Shown here: one piece after another, positions 23,345 to 38,371 of the stretch | Layout: every line of letters begins with the position of its first letter | Numbering within the stretch: position 1 is the first letter of the stretch | NCBI RefSeq assembly: GCF_006345805.1 | Contig: NW_021834278.1 | Location: 1-49,887 of the forward strand | Direction of reading: 5' to 3' | Source: Octopus sinensis | Taxonomy: Eukaryota | DNA: 49,887 nt | Made by a program: the position numbers and the translations under genes | The notes under the pieces: generated by a model | Told to the model about the DNA's origin: nothing | Seen by the model: the letters and a program-made list of their open reading frames with translations, nothing else | Database searches by the model: none

Positions 23345-23722
23345 ATTTTCTTTCACTTGTTTTAATCATTAGACTGCAGCCATGCTGAGGCATCGCCTTG
23401 AAATTTTTAGTCGAATGAATCGACTCCGGTGGTTAGAATTTTAAAGCCTGGTAAGTATTCCAATCGTCTCTGTTGCCAAACCGTTAGGTTACAGGGACGT
23501 AAACATGTCAACACCAGTCTCCAGGAGGTGGTGAGCAACATAAACACACACATACATATCCATGCATATATATATATGGTGGGGGACGAAAGGCTTCCTT
23601 CATTTTACGTCTACCAAATTCCTCACAAGGGGCCGAGTCTAAAGTAGAAGATACATGTCCAAGGTGTTATGCAGTGGGACTTAACCCAGAATACTGTGGT
23701 TGAGAAGCAAACTTCTTACCAC
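23345..23722 (-). mobile_element. SINE family C, older diverged copy
   Basis: Degenerate matches to both halves of family C. Confidence 0.7.
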
Positions 23723-24055
23723 ACACGCACACACACACACACACATATATATATATAATATACATGTGTGATTGTCTTGGTGTGTGTGTGTGTATTTGAA
23801 TAGGTGGAAGAGGCAGCCCGTGTTGCGGAAGTACGCTTTGCACATTTGAAGCGAGACGAACCGACGACTCCTTTTTAGAGATGATTTCATTACAGCATTT
23901 TACTAAAGCCCCCGAGGAAGGAAGGCAACACCATCACTATTTCCCATTTCCTTTCTTATTATGTGTCATGTCCTTCCCCATTATCTCTTTCTGTGCACCT
24001 GTAATCGACACATCCCCTCCCGCAACATGGCTGCCCTTGTGGTAAAATTTTAAAC

Positions 24056-24091
<36 letters not shown>

Positions 24092-24129
24092 CAGTATCAT
24101 CATCATCATCGCCATCATCATTATTATTA

Positions 24130-24174
<45 letters not shown>

Positions 24175-24179
24175 TGAAA

Positions 24180-24378
24180 GCAAGCTGAGAGAATCGTTAA
24201 CACGCCGGGCAAAATGCTTAGTGGCCTTTCGCCCGTCTTGAGTTCAAATTCCGCCAAAGTCGACTTTCCCTTTTATCCTTCCGGATTTAGTAAAATAAGG
24301 GCCAGTTGAACATTGCGGTCGATATAATCGATTTATCTTTATCCCTAAAACAGCTCACCTTGTGCCAAAATTAGAAAC
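24180..24378 (+). mobile_element. SINE family B, diverged
   Basis: AGAATCGTTAACACGCCGGGCAAAATGCTTAG...GAGTTCAAATTCCGCC..GTCGACTTT. Confidence 0.75.
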
Positions 24379-24425
24379 CGTTCTTCTTCTTCTTCTTCTT
24401 CTTCTTCTTCTTCTCATCATCTTGC

Positions 24426-25440
24426 TGAGTGAGAGAGAGCAGTGCATGTCATTACAGTGACACTGGTATAAAATATACGAAGCCCAGTATACCCATCATG
24501 ACTACCCGCCTGATGAGGGTACACCAGGCGCATGCATCACAACCATATGTGCACGACATACTTATCGCATATCAAGATAAACAGCGCATGACCTTGCAGG
24601 TGGGACCCAGTTAGATTTTTCTTCAGGTTGTGTAGCCAATGCCGCTCAAAAGGTCCCTGAAGAAAGTTTGTTTAAGTTTCCAAAGGTGAATTATCCAACC
24701 TCTAAGAATTCCTTTCAACACACGGCTATGCTGCTCCCCCACTACTTCTACACATATCGTCAGCCGCTAAAGGACATTGTCAACTGGTTAAGGTCAAGCA
24801 ATTGACAAGCGAATTTGTGGTATTTAGCAGAATATTTGCTGTAGCCCATCTTTTATACCAAGACAAAACAATGTACATGACAACACTTCCAATCAGTTAA
24901 GATCAGAGGCCATTAAAGCCACTGCCTGGTACTTCATCAAGTTATTATTATTATTATTATTATTATTATTGAGTGAAAGAGCAGTGCATGCCATCAAAGT
25001 GAGACTGGGGTAAAATATACGAAGCCCAGTATACCCATCATGACTACCCGTCTGATAAGAGTACACCAGGCACATGCATCACAACCATATGTGCGCGACA
25101 TGATGATCTCATATCAAGATAAACAGCACATGACCTTGTAGGTGAGGCCCAGTTAGAATTTTCTTCTGGTTGAGTAACCCATCCTGCTCAAAAGGTCCCT
25201 GAGTAAGGGTTGTTTAAGGATGTTGAACGAAACACCCATGTTTCCAGAGGTGAATTATTCAAACCCCAAAGAATCCCTCTCAACACATGGCTATGATACT
25301 CCCCTACAACTTCTGCTCGTGATCAGAGATGCACATATCATCAGCCACTAAGGGACATGCTCAACTGATTAAGGTCAAACAACTGACAAGCAAATCTGTG
25401 GTATTGAGCAGAATATTTGCTGTAGCCCATCTTTTATACC
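24426..25440 (-). mobile_element. Two tandem 3' ends (24426-24941, 24970-25440) of a (TAA)n-associated non-LTR element, possibly R4/Dong-like
   Basis: Near-identical ~470-bp units, also present at 40291-40758. (TTA)n at 24942-24969 and after 25441. The clade assignment is inferred only from the (TAA)n association. Confidence 0.7.
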
Positions 25441-25442
25441 AA

Positions 25443-25478
<36 letters not shown>

Positions 25479-25489
25479 TTATTATTATT

Positions 25490-25552
<63 letters not shown>

Positions 25553-26051
25553 AACAATAATAATATTATACACACAAGGCCAAAATTTGGCTGAAGGGGT
25601 TAGTCGATCAATTTGATCCCAGGGCTCAGCTGATACTTATTTTGACGACCCCGAAAGGGTAAAAGGCCGAGTCGATCTTGGAGGCATTTGAACTCTAAAC
25701 GTAAAAACAGACGCATAATTATATGCAATATAATCAGCCACTTTAAATGCAATATTGTATTTGCCACTTTACCTCTCGGTTTCATACTAATGACTTGAGA
25801 CAACGCTCTAAATCATCAGAAAAGCATTAAATGTGATGGTATCTCGGGAATCATTTACCATTGGATTTCTGAAATGTCACATGCGGTCAGCTGGTTTTAC
25901 GGTACTTGTAAAAACAGGAATGAAATCGTGCAGGTCAAAACCCAGTTTTCATTTTAATTCAGGCTTTTCGCTTTTGTTTCCATCAAATTTTGGTTTCTTT
26001 TCCAAAACGCAATTAAGCCGGTGTTCGAGCGTAGATTGTATCTTAAATACC

Positions 26052-26268
26052 TATTTCTTTATTACCCACAAGGGGCTAAACACAGAGGGGACAAACAAGG
26101 ACAGACATAGGTATTAAGTCGATTACATCGACCCCAGTGCGTAACTGGTACTTAATTTATCGACTCCGAAAGGATGAAAGGCAAAGTCGACCTCGGCGGA
26201 ATTTGAACTCAACGTAACGCAGACGAAATACCGCTAAGCATTAACGTTTCTGCCAGCTCGCCGCCTTA
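26052..26268 (-). mobile_element. SINE family B (long-tail)
   Basis: 15-bp TSD TGTATCTTAAATACC at 26037-26051 and 26269-26283. Confidence 0.9.
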
Positions 26269-26734
26269 TGTATCTTAAATACCATTGATCATCTCTGTTC
26301 CATATCTCGACTGTTTTGTCTCAATGGACACTACTAGTTCTTTACCTCGACTCAAAGTTACAAGTCGCAGAGGCTGACGAAACCGACTTTATTACGTGAT
26401 CGGTTTTTATATCGCCTGCCTCAGAACGGAAACAAAGTTTCGAAATTAACGGGATTTGAACTTATAATGTAAAACGAAGAAAGAAAAGGCAACAATTTAG
26501 CCCGTAACATTTTGTACATAATTTTGCTGTCCCTGCCACTTCAACGATCAATTTGGTCCTGTGATATTAAAACCTGTCACTCACTGATTCAGTTTCATAG
26601 ACATTTAGAACTTATTACCTTAAACACTCCCTTTATTAAAAGAAAAAGAAATATAAACACATACAAACAATATACACTCGAAGAAACATTTTAGTTCTCT
26701 CTCTCAATCTCTCTTTCTCTTTTCCTTTTTATTT

Positions 26735-26781
<47 letters not shown>

Positions 26782-27090
26782 ACACACATACCCATACACT
26801 AATACAAACATTGACATAAAACATTGACATGCACAAACACACACTTGGTTAAATGTATGTGTGTGTATGTGTGTGTGGTGTGTGTGCATATACATATATA
26901 TATATATATATATACGTATATATACGCTTATATATATATTCGCATATACATGCACACATACAGACACACACATACACATATATACATGCATACATTTTTG
27001 CAACATATATACATATAAGTCATTGTATGTCTATGTACATATATATATGTATTTGTGTATATATATATATATATATATTTATATTATATA

Positions 27091-27143
<53 letters not shown>

Positions 27144-27430
27144 GTATGTATCTATGTAAGTATGTATGCATGCATGTATGTATGTATGTATGTATGTATG
27201 CGTATGTCAAACGACAATAAACTAAACTCGTTTCTCTGTCACTTAGACTCATAAATATGCAAGCAAAATACTTAACAAGAACAACAATAACATCAGATAC
27301 AACTAGAATTTTTGTTATTGTTGTTGTTGTTGTTGTTGCTATTGTTGCTGGCTTGCAATCACGGCCGCCGCCAAAACCACCACCACCACCACCACTACCA
27401 CCACCACCATCACCACTACCACCACCTCCG

Positions 27431-27480
<50 letters not shown>

Positions 27481-27839
27481 GGGGTGATTATGATGATTTA
27501 TTGTTTTTTGCCAAATTATCATGTTTGCGAAGTGAAAGGAATGTAAGAAGGAGAGAAAATATGCTAATTTGTAACGAAACAACCATCTTGTTACTAACTA
27601 GACGGTCTAATATCGACCGCAGAGGGTAGAAAAAATTTGTCCCAACTCCACGGAGCTTCGAACTTAGGTGTATGACCTTCAAAACATTTTACCATTGATC
27701 ATTTTAGCCCATGGACATTCCGTTTTACACTCTCTTAGAACTTAGATTAAATCATCTATACATATAAAGACCAGTGGTGGAAATATAAAGCATTGTACGA
27801 AATACCATAGTGTTTCTAGTTTGAATATTTATCAAATTG

Positions 27840-28223
27840 TGGAGGCGCAATGGCCCAGTGGTTAGGGCAGCGGACTCGCGGTCGTAGGATCGCGGTTTCG
27901 ATTCCCAGACCGGGCGTTGTGAGTGTTTATTGAGCGAAAACACCTAAAGCTCCACGAGGCTCCGGCAGGGGATGGTGGTGATCCTTGCTGTACTCTTTCA
28001 CCACAACTTTCTCTCACTCTTACTTCCTGTTTCTGTTGTACCTGTATTTCAAAGGGCCGGCCTTGTCACTCTCTATGTCACGCTGAATATCCCCGAGAAC
28101 TACGTTAAGTGTACACGTGTCTGTGGAGTGCTCAGCCACTTACAATTTCACGAGCAGGCTGTTCCGTTGATTCGGATCAACCGGAACCCTCGTCGTCGTA
28201 ACCGACGGAGTGCTTCCATTTCC
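27840..28223 (+). mobile_element. SINE family A, full length
   Basis: 13-bp TSD ATTTATCAAATTG at 27827-27839 and 28224-28236. Tail TTCCATTTCC. Confidence 0.92.
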
Positions 28224-29667
28224 ATTTATCAAATTGAATATATTAGAGAAGATCGGGTCAGATGTGGGGGCATGTGCCGTTGCAGTGCGTTGCAACATTC
28301 CCCTTTTGTGGACTCGGTATGTTTCCGCGTCCTCCCAGTCGATCCTAAAATCCCAATCAGTCTCCATCTCTATTTTCCTCTCGTTCTTGTCTACGGCTCT
28401 CCAGAATCCCAGTTAGTCTCCATCTCTGCGATATACCTCTTCATCTGCCGTGATGATGTAGCATGTGATAGACCAGCGTAAGCCATCGACCCAGCCGTAT
28501 CCTCAGCGAAGGCAACACTGCAATGACCTTATAAAGAACTCAGCTACTCTCAATGGACCTAAATGAACCTTACGATGAATTGATTGTCAAACGCGTACTG
28601 AAACCGATAAGATTGACTAAATAATTTGAAAGATGTACCACAATGTGGCTGCTGCTCAGACACAGAAACCAGTAAAATAATAACAGACTACTGGATAACG
28701 TTGTACACCGCTGGTCACAATGCGTTTCCAGTACTTTCATGTGAGCGCCCGATTCGTTGAACTAAATCGAATTGTTATCATGGACTCTACCACTACACAT
28801 TTGTCACTCCTTTACCTTTTATCACCCCTCCCCCATTCCTTCTATCTTTTAACACTCTAATACCTTTCTCTCTCTTCACCCTTTATCTCCTCACTCCTAC
28901 TTTCAAATTATCTCCACTGACCACTAACTGGTACACTTTCCCATATCTATTTCTTTGTTTTTTTTTTTTCTTTCTCTCCTTTATTCCTCTCTTCCTGGTT
29001 TTTAAATTTTTTATAATTTATTTTATTAATATTTTCTTATTTTCTTCTCCTTCTTCTCCCCTTTTCCCTTTTTTCTCATCTTTTTCTCTTTCTTTATTCC
29101 TCTCTTCCTGTTTTCGATTTGGACCCTACTAATACGCACCCGATGTTTAGGTCACTTTAAATAAAACCCTTGATTTAATAACACTGTGTATAAACTCTAT
29201 AGTTGGAATGACCAATTTTAAATACTAATGGATTTTCTTCATAAGGTATTGGAATCTTATATGTATACCATTCTACCTTAAAAAATAGATCTATAATATC
29301 CCTACATATCTCACATCTATTTTCTTTCCTCCACCTACTCTCTATTTTGTATCTTATCTAAATTAACTATTACTTAACCATCCTCTCACACCGTCTCCGA
29401 TTAAGGGATATGATAAATATTCTGGAAAGACCCGTAATACCTTCTATCTATAAATGTTCTAAAATCTACACAGCCTTAGTATTTTATCTCATTACTAAAA
29501 AAAAAAAAATCTATATACACACGCTGACATATGACCAACGCTGAACCCGTTATTCGCATAATCACCGAATCTGGAACTTAACTATGGTATATCTATAGCA
29601 CTTATTCAGCATTACCTGGCATCTATGGGTCTCAATGACACTTCTCATAACCTCCATTTCTCGCCGC

Positions 29668-29731
<64 letters not shown>

Positions 29732-29953
29732 ATTTTACACACAAACACACATATGCATATACAGGTACAGGACGTCACAACAGTAAACAACATGAAATAC
29801 GAAAAACAAATGAGTTCAATATGCAAGCAACGAGAGAAACAAATGGAGAACAGGAAAAGTACACAAAGAACGACCCTTCATCAGTTGGTCTGCTGTCTAT
29901 CTACTCCTCGTTTTGAGCATTATACATACATAACATACATACATACACAAAAC

Positions 29954-29986
<33 letters not shown>

Positions 29987-30692
29987 TGAAGCACGTGTGC
30001 ATGTGTCTGTGTGTGTATGAAATAAGTAAAGGAATTTGCTAAGGGAATTCTTAAAAAAAAAAGATTAGAGAAAATTTAAGGTTTATACGTCATGTTAATA
30101 CGAAATAGTATCAACTGGTGAAGGAGACGATGATGGAAGATGAGATGTGAAGGATAGGGGCAAGGGATTTAAATAGGCCCCTGATTTCTGAAGTAGATCA
30201 GCCTTCATATCTTCGGGGTCCATTTATCTATTCTTATTTAGAATACTAACACATTAACCACCTCCCCCTCTTCTTACCGCGCATAACTAGTCTCATCTTG
30301 TCCCTCATCCACCCACATTCTCTTATTGCAGTACTGTCTGTCTCTCTTTCTAGTCTCACCTATTTTTGTTCATAGAGCGACAGACATGAAAAAGATACGC
30401 ATACATACACATCACACCCTACCTACCGACTTTTATATCTCTTATCTGTTCTCTTCAGCTGTTTTGTGTGTGTGTGTGTGTGAGTGTGTGTGCGTGCGTG
30501 TTTGAGTGTGTTGGTCTTTGTATAGAAAAAGATGCATACACGCATGCATACATACATACATACATACATACATACATACATGCATACAAACATACATATA
30601 TACACAAACGCGCTCACGCATATACATAGAGCTGATCAATGACAAAAGATAGAATTAAATACGAAAAGTCCAAGTAGCGTTCACAGTTCATA

Positions 30693-31105
30693 TAGGCGCA
30701 GGAGTGGCTGTGTGGTAAGTAGCTTGTTTACCAACCACATAGTCCCGGGTTCAGTCCCACTGCGTGGCACCTTGGACAGGTATCTTCTACTATAGCCTCG
30801 GGCCGACCAAAGCCTTGTGAGTGGATTTGGAAGACGGAAACTGAAAGAAGCCCGTCATATATATATGTATATATATGCGTGTGTGTGTTTGTGTGTCTGT
30901 GTTTGTCCCCCTAGCATTGCTTGACAACCGATGATGGTGTGTTTATGTCCCCGTTACTTAGCGGTTCGGCAAAAGAGACAGATAGAATAAGTACTAGGCT
31001 TACAAAAGAATAAGTCCCGGGGTCGAGTTGCTCGATTAAAGGCGGTGCTCCAGCATGGACGCAGTCAAAAGACTGAAACAAGTAAAAGAGTAAAAGGGTA
31101 AAGAG
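30693..31105 (+). mobile_element. SINE family C, full length
   Basis: TAGGCGCAGGAGTGGCTG head through AACAAGTAAAAGAGTAAAAG tail. Confidence 0.9.
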
Positions 31106-31258
31106 TTAGTATTATTAGGTTGAAGCTCAGAGAATGAAAAAATGTTATAAAGTGAAAGTTATCGAATATCATATTTCGGACATAGGTCTTCGTGAGATAT
31201 ACGGAGAAAATCCAAGAAAGGGGAAAAAGAACAGAGGCATCCATCCATCCATATATAC

Positions 31259-31520
31259 ATTATGGCTGCCCCCTCGTTATCGAGTATGGCCATTGCACGA
31301 AGCTTAACTGTTACTGGTGCTGTGATCGAATGTGAATTTTTAGCCCAGCCAAAGATTTACAATGTCTTGTACAAAATTGGCAACTAAAACCTTCACCGGT
31401 AATAACCGGCTGTAGTTGTAACTGAGCTTCATGTACCTTTGCATGTCGTTTAAGTCCTGCCGAATTACACTCCCTTCCACATGCCCAACAGATATGATTA
31501 GTATGGTGTGTAACACCACC
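31259..31520 (-). mobile_element. RTE-type LINE 3' end with two C2H2-like fingers
   Basis: HHTNHICWACGRECNSAGLKRHAKVH...CQFCTRHCKSLAGLKIHIRSQHQ*, UTR ending GCAGCCATAAT. (TATG)n lies at its 5' side on the minus strand. Confidence 0.8.
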
Positions 31521-31583
31521 ATACATACATACAACATTCATACATAATACATACATACACACATACATACATACATACATACA

Positions 31584-31617
<34 letters not shown>

Positions 31618-31849
31618 CATAATACATACATACATAATACATACATACATACATACATACATACATACATACATACATAATACATACATACATACATACA
31701 TACGTACGTACGTACGTACGTACGTACATACATACATACATACATACATACATACATACATACATACGTACGTACGTACGTACGTACGTACATATATACA
31801 TACATACATACATACATACATGCATACGTACGTACGTACATACATACAT

Positions 31850-31945
31850 ACAAATGTACCCTGCTGTTGATGTTGAAATTCCAATGAAGGAGCCTGGTCC
31901 CTTCTCTATTGGCAAGATATCGTAAAATAAACTGATTAATGACAT
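31850..31945. repeat. Single dispersed copy of the 6001-7388 array core (inverted relative to it)
   Basis: ACCCTGCTGTTGATGTTGAAATTCCAATGAAGGAGCC...TCTCTATTGGCAAGA..AAATAAACTGATTAATGA is the reverse complement of the array core with a short internal deletion. CATA-type repeats on both sides. Confidence 0.8.
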
Positions 31946-31953
31946 GCATATAT

Positions 31954-32042
<89 letters not shown>

Positions 32043-32229
32043 CATATCTATATGCATGTATACAGTCGGTATATCGCAGTATGAAAGACCATACGTATCA
32101 TCAAGATCGTCAAAAATCCCGTCCTGGATTGATCTAGATTTATTTCCATCAGGGATCTGGATTGTAAATAAATAACACAACTGGGAAACAAAGTGGTTAG
32201 ATAAGCCTCGTAATTAGTCATGTGTATAT

Positions 32230-32790
32230 GTGTCTCCCAAAACTTTTAATATCAACATTGAAGATCTCTGAGAGTTATTGAAAAAGTACCGATTAGAAAG
32301 ATACCTGGGTGAGTCCGATAATCACTTATTGGTATACACAGCTCATGCTCTTCGGAGTGGTCCTTTTTAACCAGCTCAAAAGAACAAGGAACACTGATCT
32401 TGATATATCTGGTTGACGAGCTATACGCTCGTAGCGTGCATGAATGTGATGTTTAGGATATACACATACGTTGCTTAACCGCATTCCTCTAGGATCAGTG
32501 CGGCATACATACAACGTGGTGACTGATGACCAGTCAAGAGGGGAGATAGAAGTCTGGAACTGTGCCCAAAGCTGGTCTTCAAACAAAATTTCTCTTAAGG
32601 AAACGAAGTAGCAACTCCGAAATCTGCGGAGTCATGGCTAGACACTAGGAAAACGTTTGTCGTTGTCTCTCACCTACATACCAGAGGCACTATGCTTTGC
32701 TAAGGTGCCATCTGCTATATATCCGATTCCGCCAAGAAACTAACACCATGGTCCACAGAGACATCGATAAGAAGTGAAGCTACTACTATA
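32230..32790 (+). pseudogene. Heavily decayed RTE RT relic
   Basis: Fragmentary LFGVVLF, ISLKETK and a TY(L)GST-like nucleotide match, in the expected order. Many stops and frameshifts. Confidence 0.3.
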
Positions 32791-32819
32791 GTCGCTAAAT
32801 TCAACAGACTTCGGAATCT

Positions 32820-33010
32820 ATGACTGCGTCCATGCTTGAAGGGTTTTAGTCAAACAATCGACCCCAGGATTTATTTGTGAAGCCAAGTACTTATTTTTTC
32901 GGTCTATTTTGCCGCACCGCTAAGTTACGGGGACGTAAACACACTAGTACCGGTTGTCAAGCGGTGATGAGGGAGACAAACGCAGACACAAAGAGACACA
33001 CGCCGATATA
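32820..33010 (-). mobile_element. SINE family C, 3' half
   Basis: CGCTAAGTTACGGGGACGTAAACACAC..CGGTTGTCAAGCG matches family C. Confidence 0.75.
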
Positions 33011-33025
33011 TACATATATATATAC

Positions 33026-33090
<65 letters not shown>

Positions 33091-34101
33091 TATACACACA
33101 CATACATAGTACATAGATACATACAATTATATATACAAACACACACACAAATTTACCCCAGCTTGATATACTGAAACAACTGTAAACATACTCTCATCTT
33201 ATCTAAATAATGACTTTATAATACCAACGATCCACTTCTCACTTCATAGGAATTAAAATCTGAAAGACATGAAATAAGTCGTTTTAATGGTGCAAACTCA
33301 AAGCAGATAAAGCTATAAGTTATAGCGTGTTTATTTTGTGTAAAAATATAGAAACCTGCAATGGAAAAAGTCACCGGTTCCTTGTAGATTCGAACTCACA
33401 TCTTCTGTAAACATGACGGGCATTCTACCATTGTGTGTGTGTGTGTGCATATATGTGCGTGTGCATGTGTGTGTGTGGGGGGTATTTATGTGAGAAAGAA
33501 GAAACAAATGACAGGACAACCAGATGGGGGGTGGGTGGGCATTAAGACAAGGGGAGGGCTAAAAGGGGGGGGTGATGAGAAAATCCCCCCCCTCCTCCTT
33601 GATACATTCACAGAGAAACATCCCACTAGAGAACAGTTAATGTTGAATTGTAACCAGCCATTACGCTTGTTACGCTTCGCATGATTTCTATATTCTGTTT
33701 GTAAACAACGATCAAACTAAAGCCGTAAATCTCATAGAAAAAGAATACTAGAAAACAAAACAAAAACAACAAAAAAAAACTGACACACACACACATACAC
33801 ATACACATACATACACTACAACTTGGATATTATCGGATGAATGTATGAGAGGCGTTTTTATTGCTGTATATATACCTTGACATATATATTCACCCAAATG
33901 GCGCCATTACACGTCTTACATCTAGCCTCAGGGACCTTTTGAGCTGTTGAGTAGAATTTCGTGAATAATTGTACTCCACAAGCTTGTTGCTTCTATGCTT
34001 CCATAATAGCCCCGGTACAGAGATAGACTGCCCGTTTGTTAATCTAGTAAATGTGTATGGACGACGTTTTACGACCTCTTTTCAATATTCCAAGGAAAAA
34101 G

Positions 34102-34143
<42 letters not shown>

Positions 34144-34238
34144 TATATTAACGCCCACACACGTATTGTGTAATAAATATATACATACATACATACATAC
34201 ATACTTACATACATATATATCCATATATATATATATAC

Positions 34239-34274
<36 letters not shown>

Positions 34275-34848
34275 GATACAGTATATTATATATATATACA
34301 TAATATATATATAATATATATTATATATATATAATATTATATATATATATATTACAATATTAATTATTATTTGGGTGTTGCTCGAAATAGTTTGGCGTAC
34401 ATCAGGGTAGTCATAAATTTGTGAGTCACCAAAGGATTCACAAACTATTACGAACACTTTTATTGTAGTTATATAAAATTTTACACTTTTATATAGAATA
34501 TAAACAGAGTTATATAAAATAAACCGAGTTCGGTGAAGTTAGTGCTATATAAATGCAAGGATATGTATGATGCAACCACGCAACGAACGCGACAGATAAT
34601 CAACAAAATTCATTCATTCGATCTATCCATTCGTCCAGCCAGCCAGCCATCCATAAAGAAATAATTACCATACATAAACATGTATGTGTAACTGTCGATA
34701 AATTTTCGTTACAGGATCGAAACTAGTTCGATTCACTATAGTCCATTTATACAGGAAAATTTATCACAGAGTCAAAATGCTTACAGAATTTCAATTTACA
34801 TTGCATGTTGGCTTAAATGCTAAGATATACTCTATATATATTGGATCA

Positions 34849-34899
<51 letters not shown>

Positions 34900-34974
34900 T
34901 GAATGTGTATATAAAGGAATTGGTCTCTTGTTTCTCTGATGAGATTCCAATAATGGTGGAAAGTCGATTAAAAC

Positions 34975-35240
34975 TTTTATCTTTTACTTGTTTCACTCAT
35001 TTGACTGCGGTCGTGCTGGGACGCCGCCTTAAAGAATTTTAGTCAAACAAATCGACCCCAGTACTCACTCATACATACATACACACACACATATATACGA
35101 CGGGCATCTCTGTCTAACAAATCCACTTACTTACAAGGCCAAGGTCGGTCCGAAGCTATAGTAGAAGATACTTGCCCAAGGTGTCACACAGTGGGAATGA
35201 ACCCTGTACCATGTGGTAGGGCAGTAAACTTCTTCCCACA
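34975..35240 (-). mobile_element. SINE family C, internally deleted and diverged
   Basis: Tail TTTACTTGTTTCACTCATTTGACTGCGG and head-side ACTTGCCCAAGGTGTCACACAGTGGGA. Confidence 0.7.
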
Positions 35241-35349
35241 CAAATACACATGTACATATATTTTTCAATATACGGAGAAATAGGTATAGATTTGACGTAC
35301 TTGTATGTCTAATAAGTAGATTAACATATTCAGATAAATATTGATGATA

Positions 35350-35397
<48 letters not shown>

Positions 35398-35766
35398 TAC
35401 AGATATGAATATATCATATACACGCATACACATATGCTTATATAACCTATGTTACAGTTCAGAGTTATAACACTCTGACCTCACCAGCAGCTGGTATTGG
35501 TATTCATTTTCGACTGAATGATTTTGTAGCACCTCGAAATGAAATGGTCCACACAATGACGTCCTACTCCTAAAAACGAAATCACATGCCCACATGTTCG
35601 TGAACCAAACAATCCAAGCCATTATTTCCTCTGCTATATCTGTCTATATAATGTATGTATATATATTATGATGTATTGTATGTATGTATGTATGTATAAA
35701 TATTATATATAGGTGTGTGTGTGTATATCCTACATACATACTTATGTAGATGTATCACTATATATC

Positions 35767-35797
<31 letters not shown>

Positions 35798-35985
35798 AGA
35801 TTATATATATATATATTATTATAATATGTATATATATATATTATAATATGTAAATGTGAAAAAAATACAAAATGGGACAAGAACTTGAAACATTAGAAGA
35901 TGATACAAAAAAACACGGAAGGGGACATTCGAAGCCTTAAATTTTCAGTCAAGAAAACCGGATCATCTTCGCAATTTCGGCTGAT

Positions 35986-36017
<32 letters not shown>

Positions 36018-36370
36018 ATATATTATATATATATATATTAGGCATGTACATATATATATAAAACACACACAATTTTATTTGTATAATATAAAGATATATG
36101 TAAATACAGTCGTATATATGTGTGTGTGTGTTTAGTGATTCTGAGTTGTTCATTACCTCACGATATTACATAATAAGCATAAGCAACACCTTTCAGAAAT
36201 CAAAAGTTCATTTATAAATACATAAATACTAGAATAGATGGATATATTTCCTATTCGGGTCTTTGCATGCACGCGTTATATATGCCAACACACACATACG
36301 TGTATACATGTATGTATGTATATATGTATGTATGTATGTACGTATGCATGTATGTATGTATGTATGTATG

Positions 36371-36404
<34 letters not shown>

Positions 36405-36703
36405 TGTATGTATGCGTGTGGTGTGATGTGATCATACGTGTTTTTATGTGTATGTGTCAATGTATTGTAATGTGTAACAAGGATAACAATGAAAAAATGC
36501 CGAGGTGGAAGTAGGAAACAAAGCTAGGCCTCTTCAACTAGGTATTTATTTGCAATGGTAATATATACACAAGAGTGTTCTGGCCCAGGTGTTATCCCGC
36601 TGCCCAGCTGAGTATAGTAAATACTTGTCAACATTGAAAGTGAATTTGAACGGAATTTTTAAACAAGTGTCACAAGCTGACCCAGTTTTCTTGAAACTTC
36701 CTT

Positions 36704-37185
36704 ATGTATGTATGATGTATGTATGTATGTATGTATGTATGTATGGTATGTATGTACGTACGTACGTAACGTAGACGGTGTAGTATGTATGTATGTATGT
36801 ATGTATGTATGTATGTATGTATGTATGTATGTACGTACGTACGTACGTACGTAGTATGTGTATGTATGTATGTATGTATGTATGTATGTCGGTAGTATTA
36901 CAGTACGTAACCGTATTGTCTGTATGTATGTATGTATGGTATGTATGTATGTACGTACGTACGTACGTATTGTATGTTGTATGTATGTATGTATGGTATG
37001 TATGTACGTACGTACGTACGTACGTACGTACGTACGTACGTACGTACGTATGTATGTATGTATGTATGTATGTATGTATGTATGTATGTACGTACGTACG
37101 TACGTATGTATGTATGTATGTATGTATGTATGTATGTATGTACGTATGTATGCATGTATGTATGTATGTATGTATGTATACACAC
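36704..37185. repeat. Long (TATG)n/(TACG)n microsatellite
   Basis: Directly visible tetranucleotide array with variant blocks. Confidence 0.95.
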
Positions 37186-37249
37186 ATATGCACGTATATA
37201 CATTCACTCATATCTATCTATATATACATACATAGGAGAGAGAAAGACA

Positions 37250-37785
<536 letters not shown>

Positions 37786-38164
37786 CGCCTGATTACTGAA
37801 CCATGTGTATGTTTCAGAACCATATATTAATTATTCGTTGTGACAGTTGCTTCCTCGATATGCCAAAGATCTGTCTGTCTTGCCGGTCTGCCTCTCTGTA
37901 TATCTGTGTGGTGTGTGTGTGTGAGTGTGTGTGTGTGTGTGTGTGTGTTAATAATTGAAAAAAGTGAAGGTTTATTCTGAATCCTGAATTAAAAACGTAT
38001 GAAGATCATAGGTAAATATGTAAAGCGAGAGTCTCCCTCTGAAGTTTTGCTAGGCGGACAGAGGTTGCTTTTGGTATTCACCTGTTCGCTTTATAAGTCT
38101 TCATTTAATTACGGATTCAGAATAAAGACTTTTCCTATCATTTATATAGGATTTCTTTTAAGGC

Positions 38165-38365
38165 GTCAAGTTGGCAGAATCGTTAGCATCCCGAGTAAAA
38201 TACTAAGCGGCATTTCGTCCATCTTTGCAATCTGAGTTCAAATTCCTTCGAGGTCGACTATGCGTTTCATCCCTTCGGGATCGATAAATTAAACACTGGG
38301 ACCGATGTATTGGACTAGTCCCCTCCCACAAGATTTCGGGACTTGTGCATTTAGTAGAAAGAATT
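38165..38365 (+). mobile_element. SINE family B (short-tail), diverged
   Basis: GGCAGAATCGTTAGCATCC...GAGTTCAAATTCC..GAGGTCGAC...TTAGTAGAAAGAAT. Confidence 0.8.
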
Positions 38366-38371
38366 TCTATA

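Noticed and set aside
26373-26410. Hammerhead candidate CTGACGA followed by the stem AACCGA/TCGGTT
   Set aside because: The required GAAA does not follow helix II.
27097-27629. Proline-rich and Gly/Ser-rich ORFs
   Set aside because: These come from (GTT)n, (CCA)n and (CTA)n microsatellites only.
36600-36703. PVFLKLPYV resembling the PLE VYLKLPYIG motif
   Set aside because: A single short motif running into a microsatellite. Too little to call.
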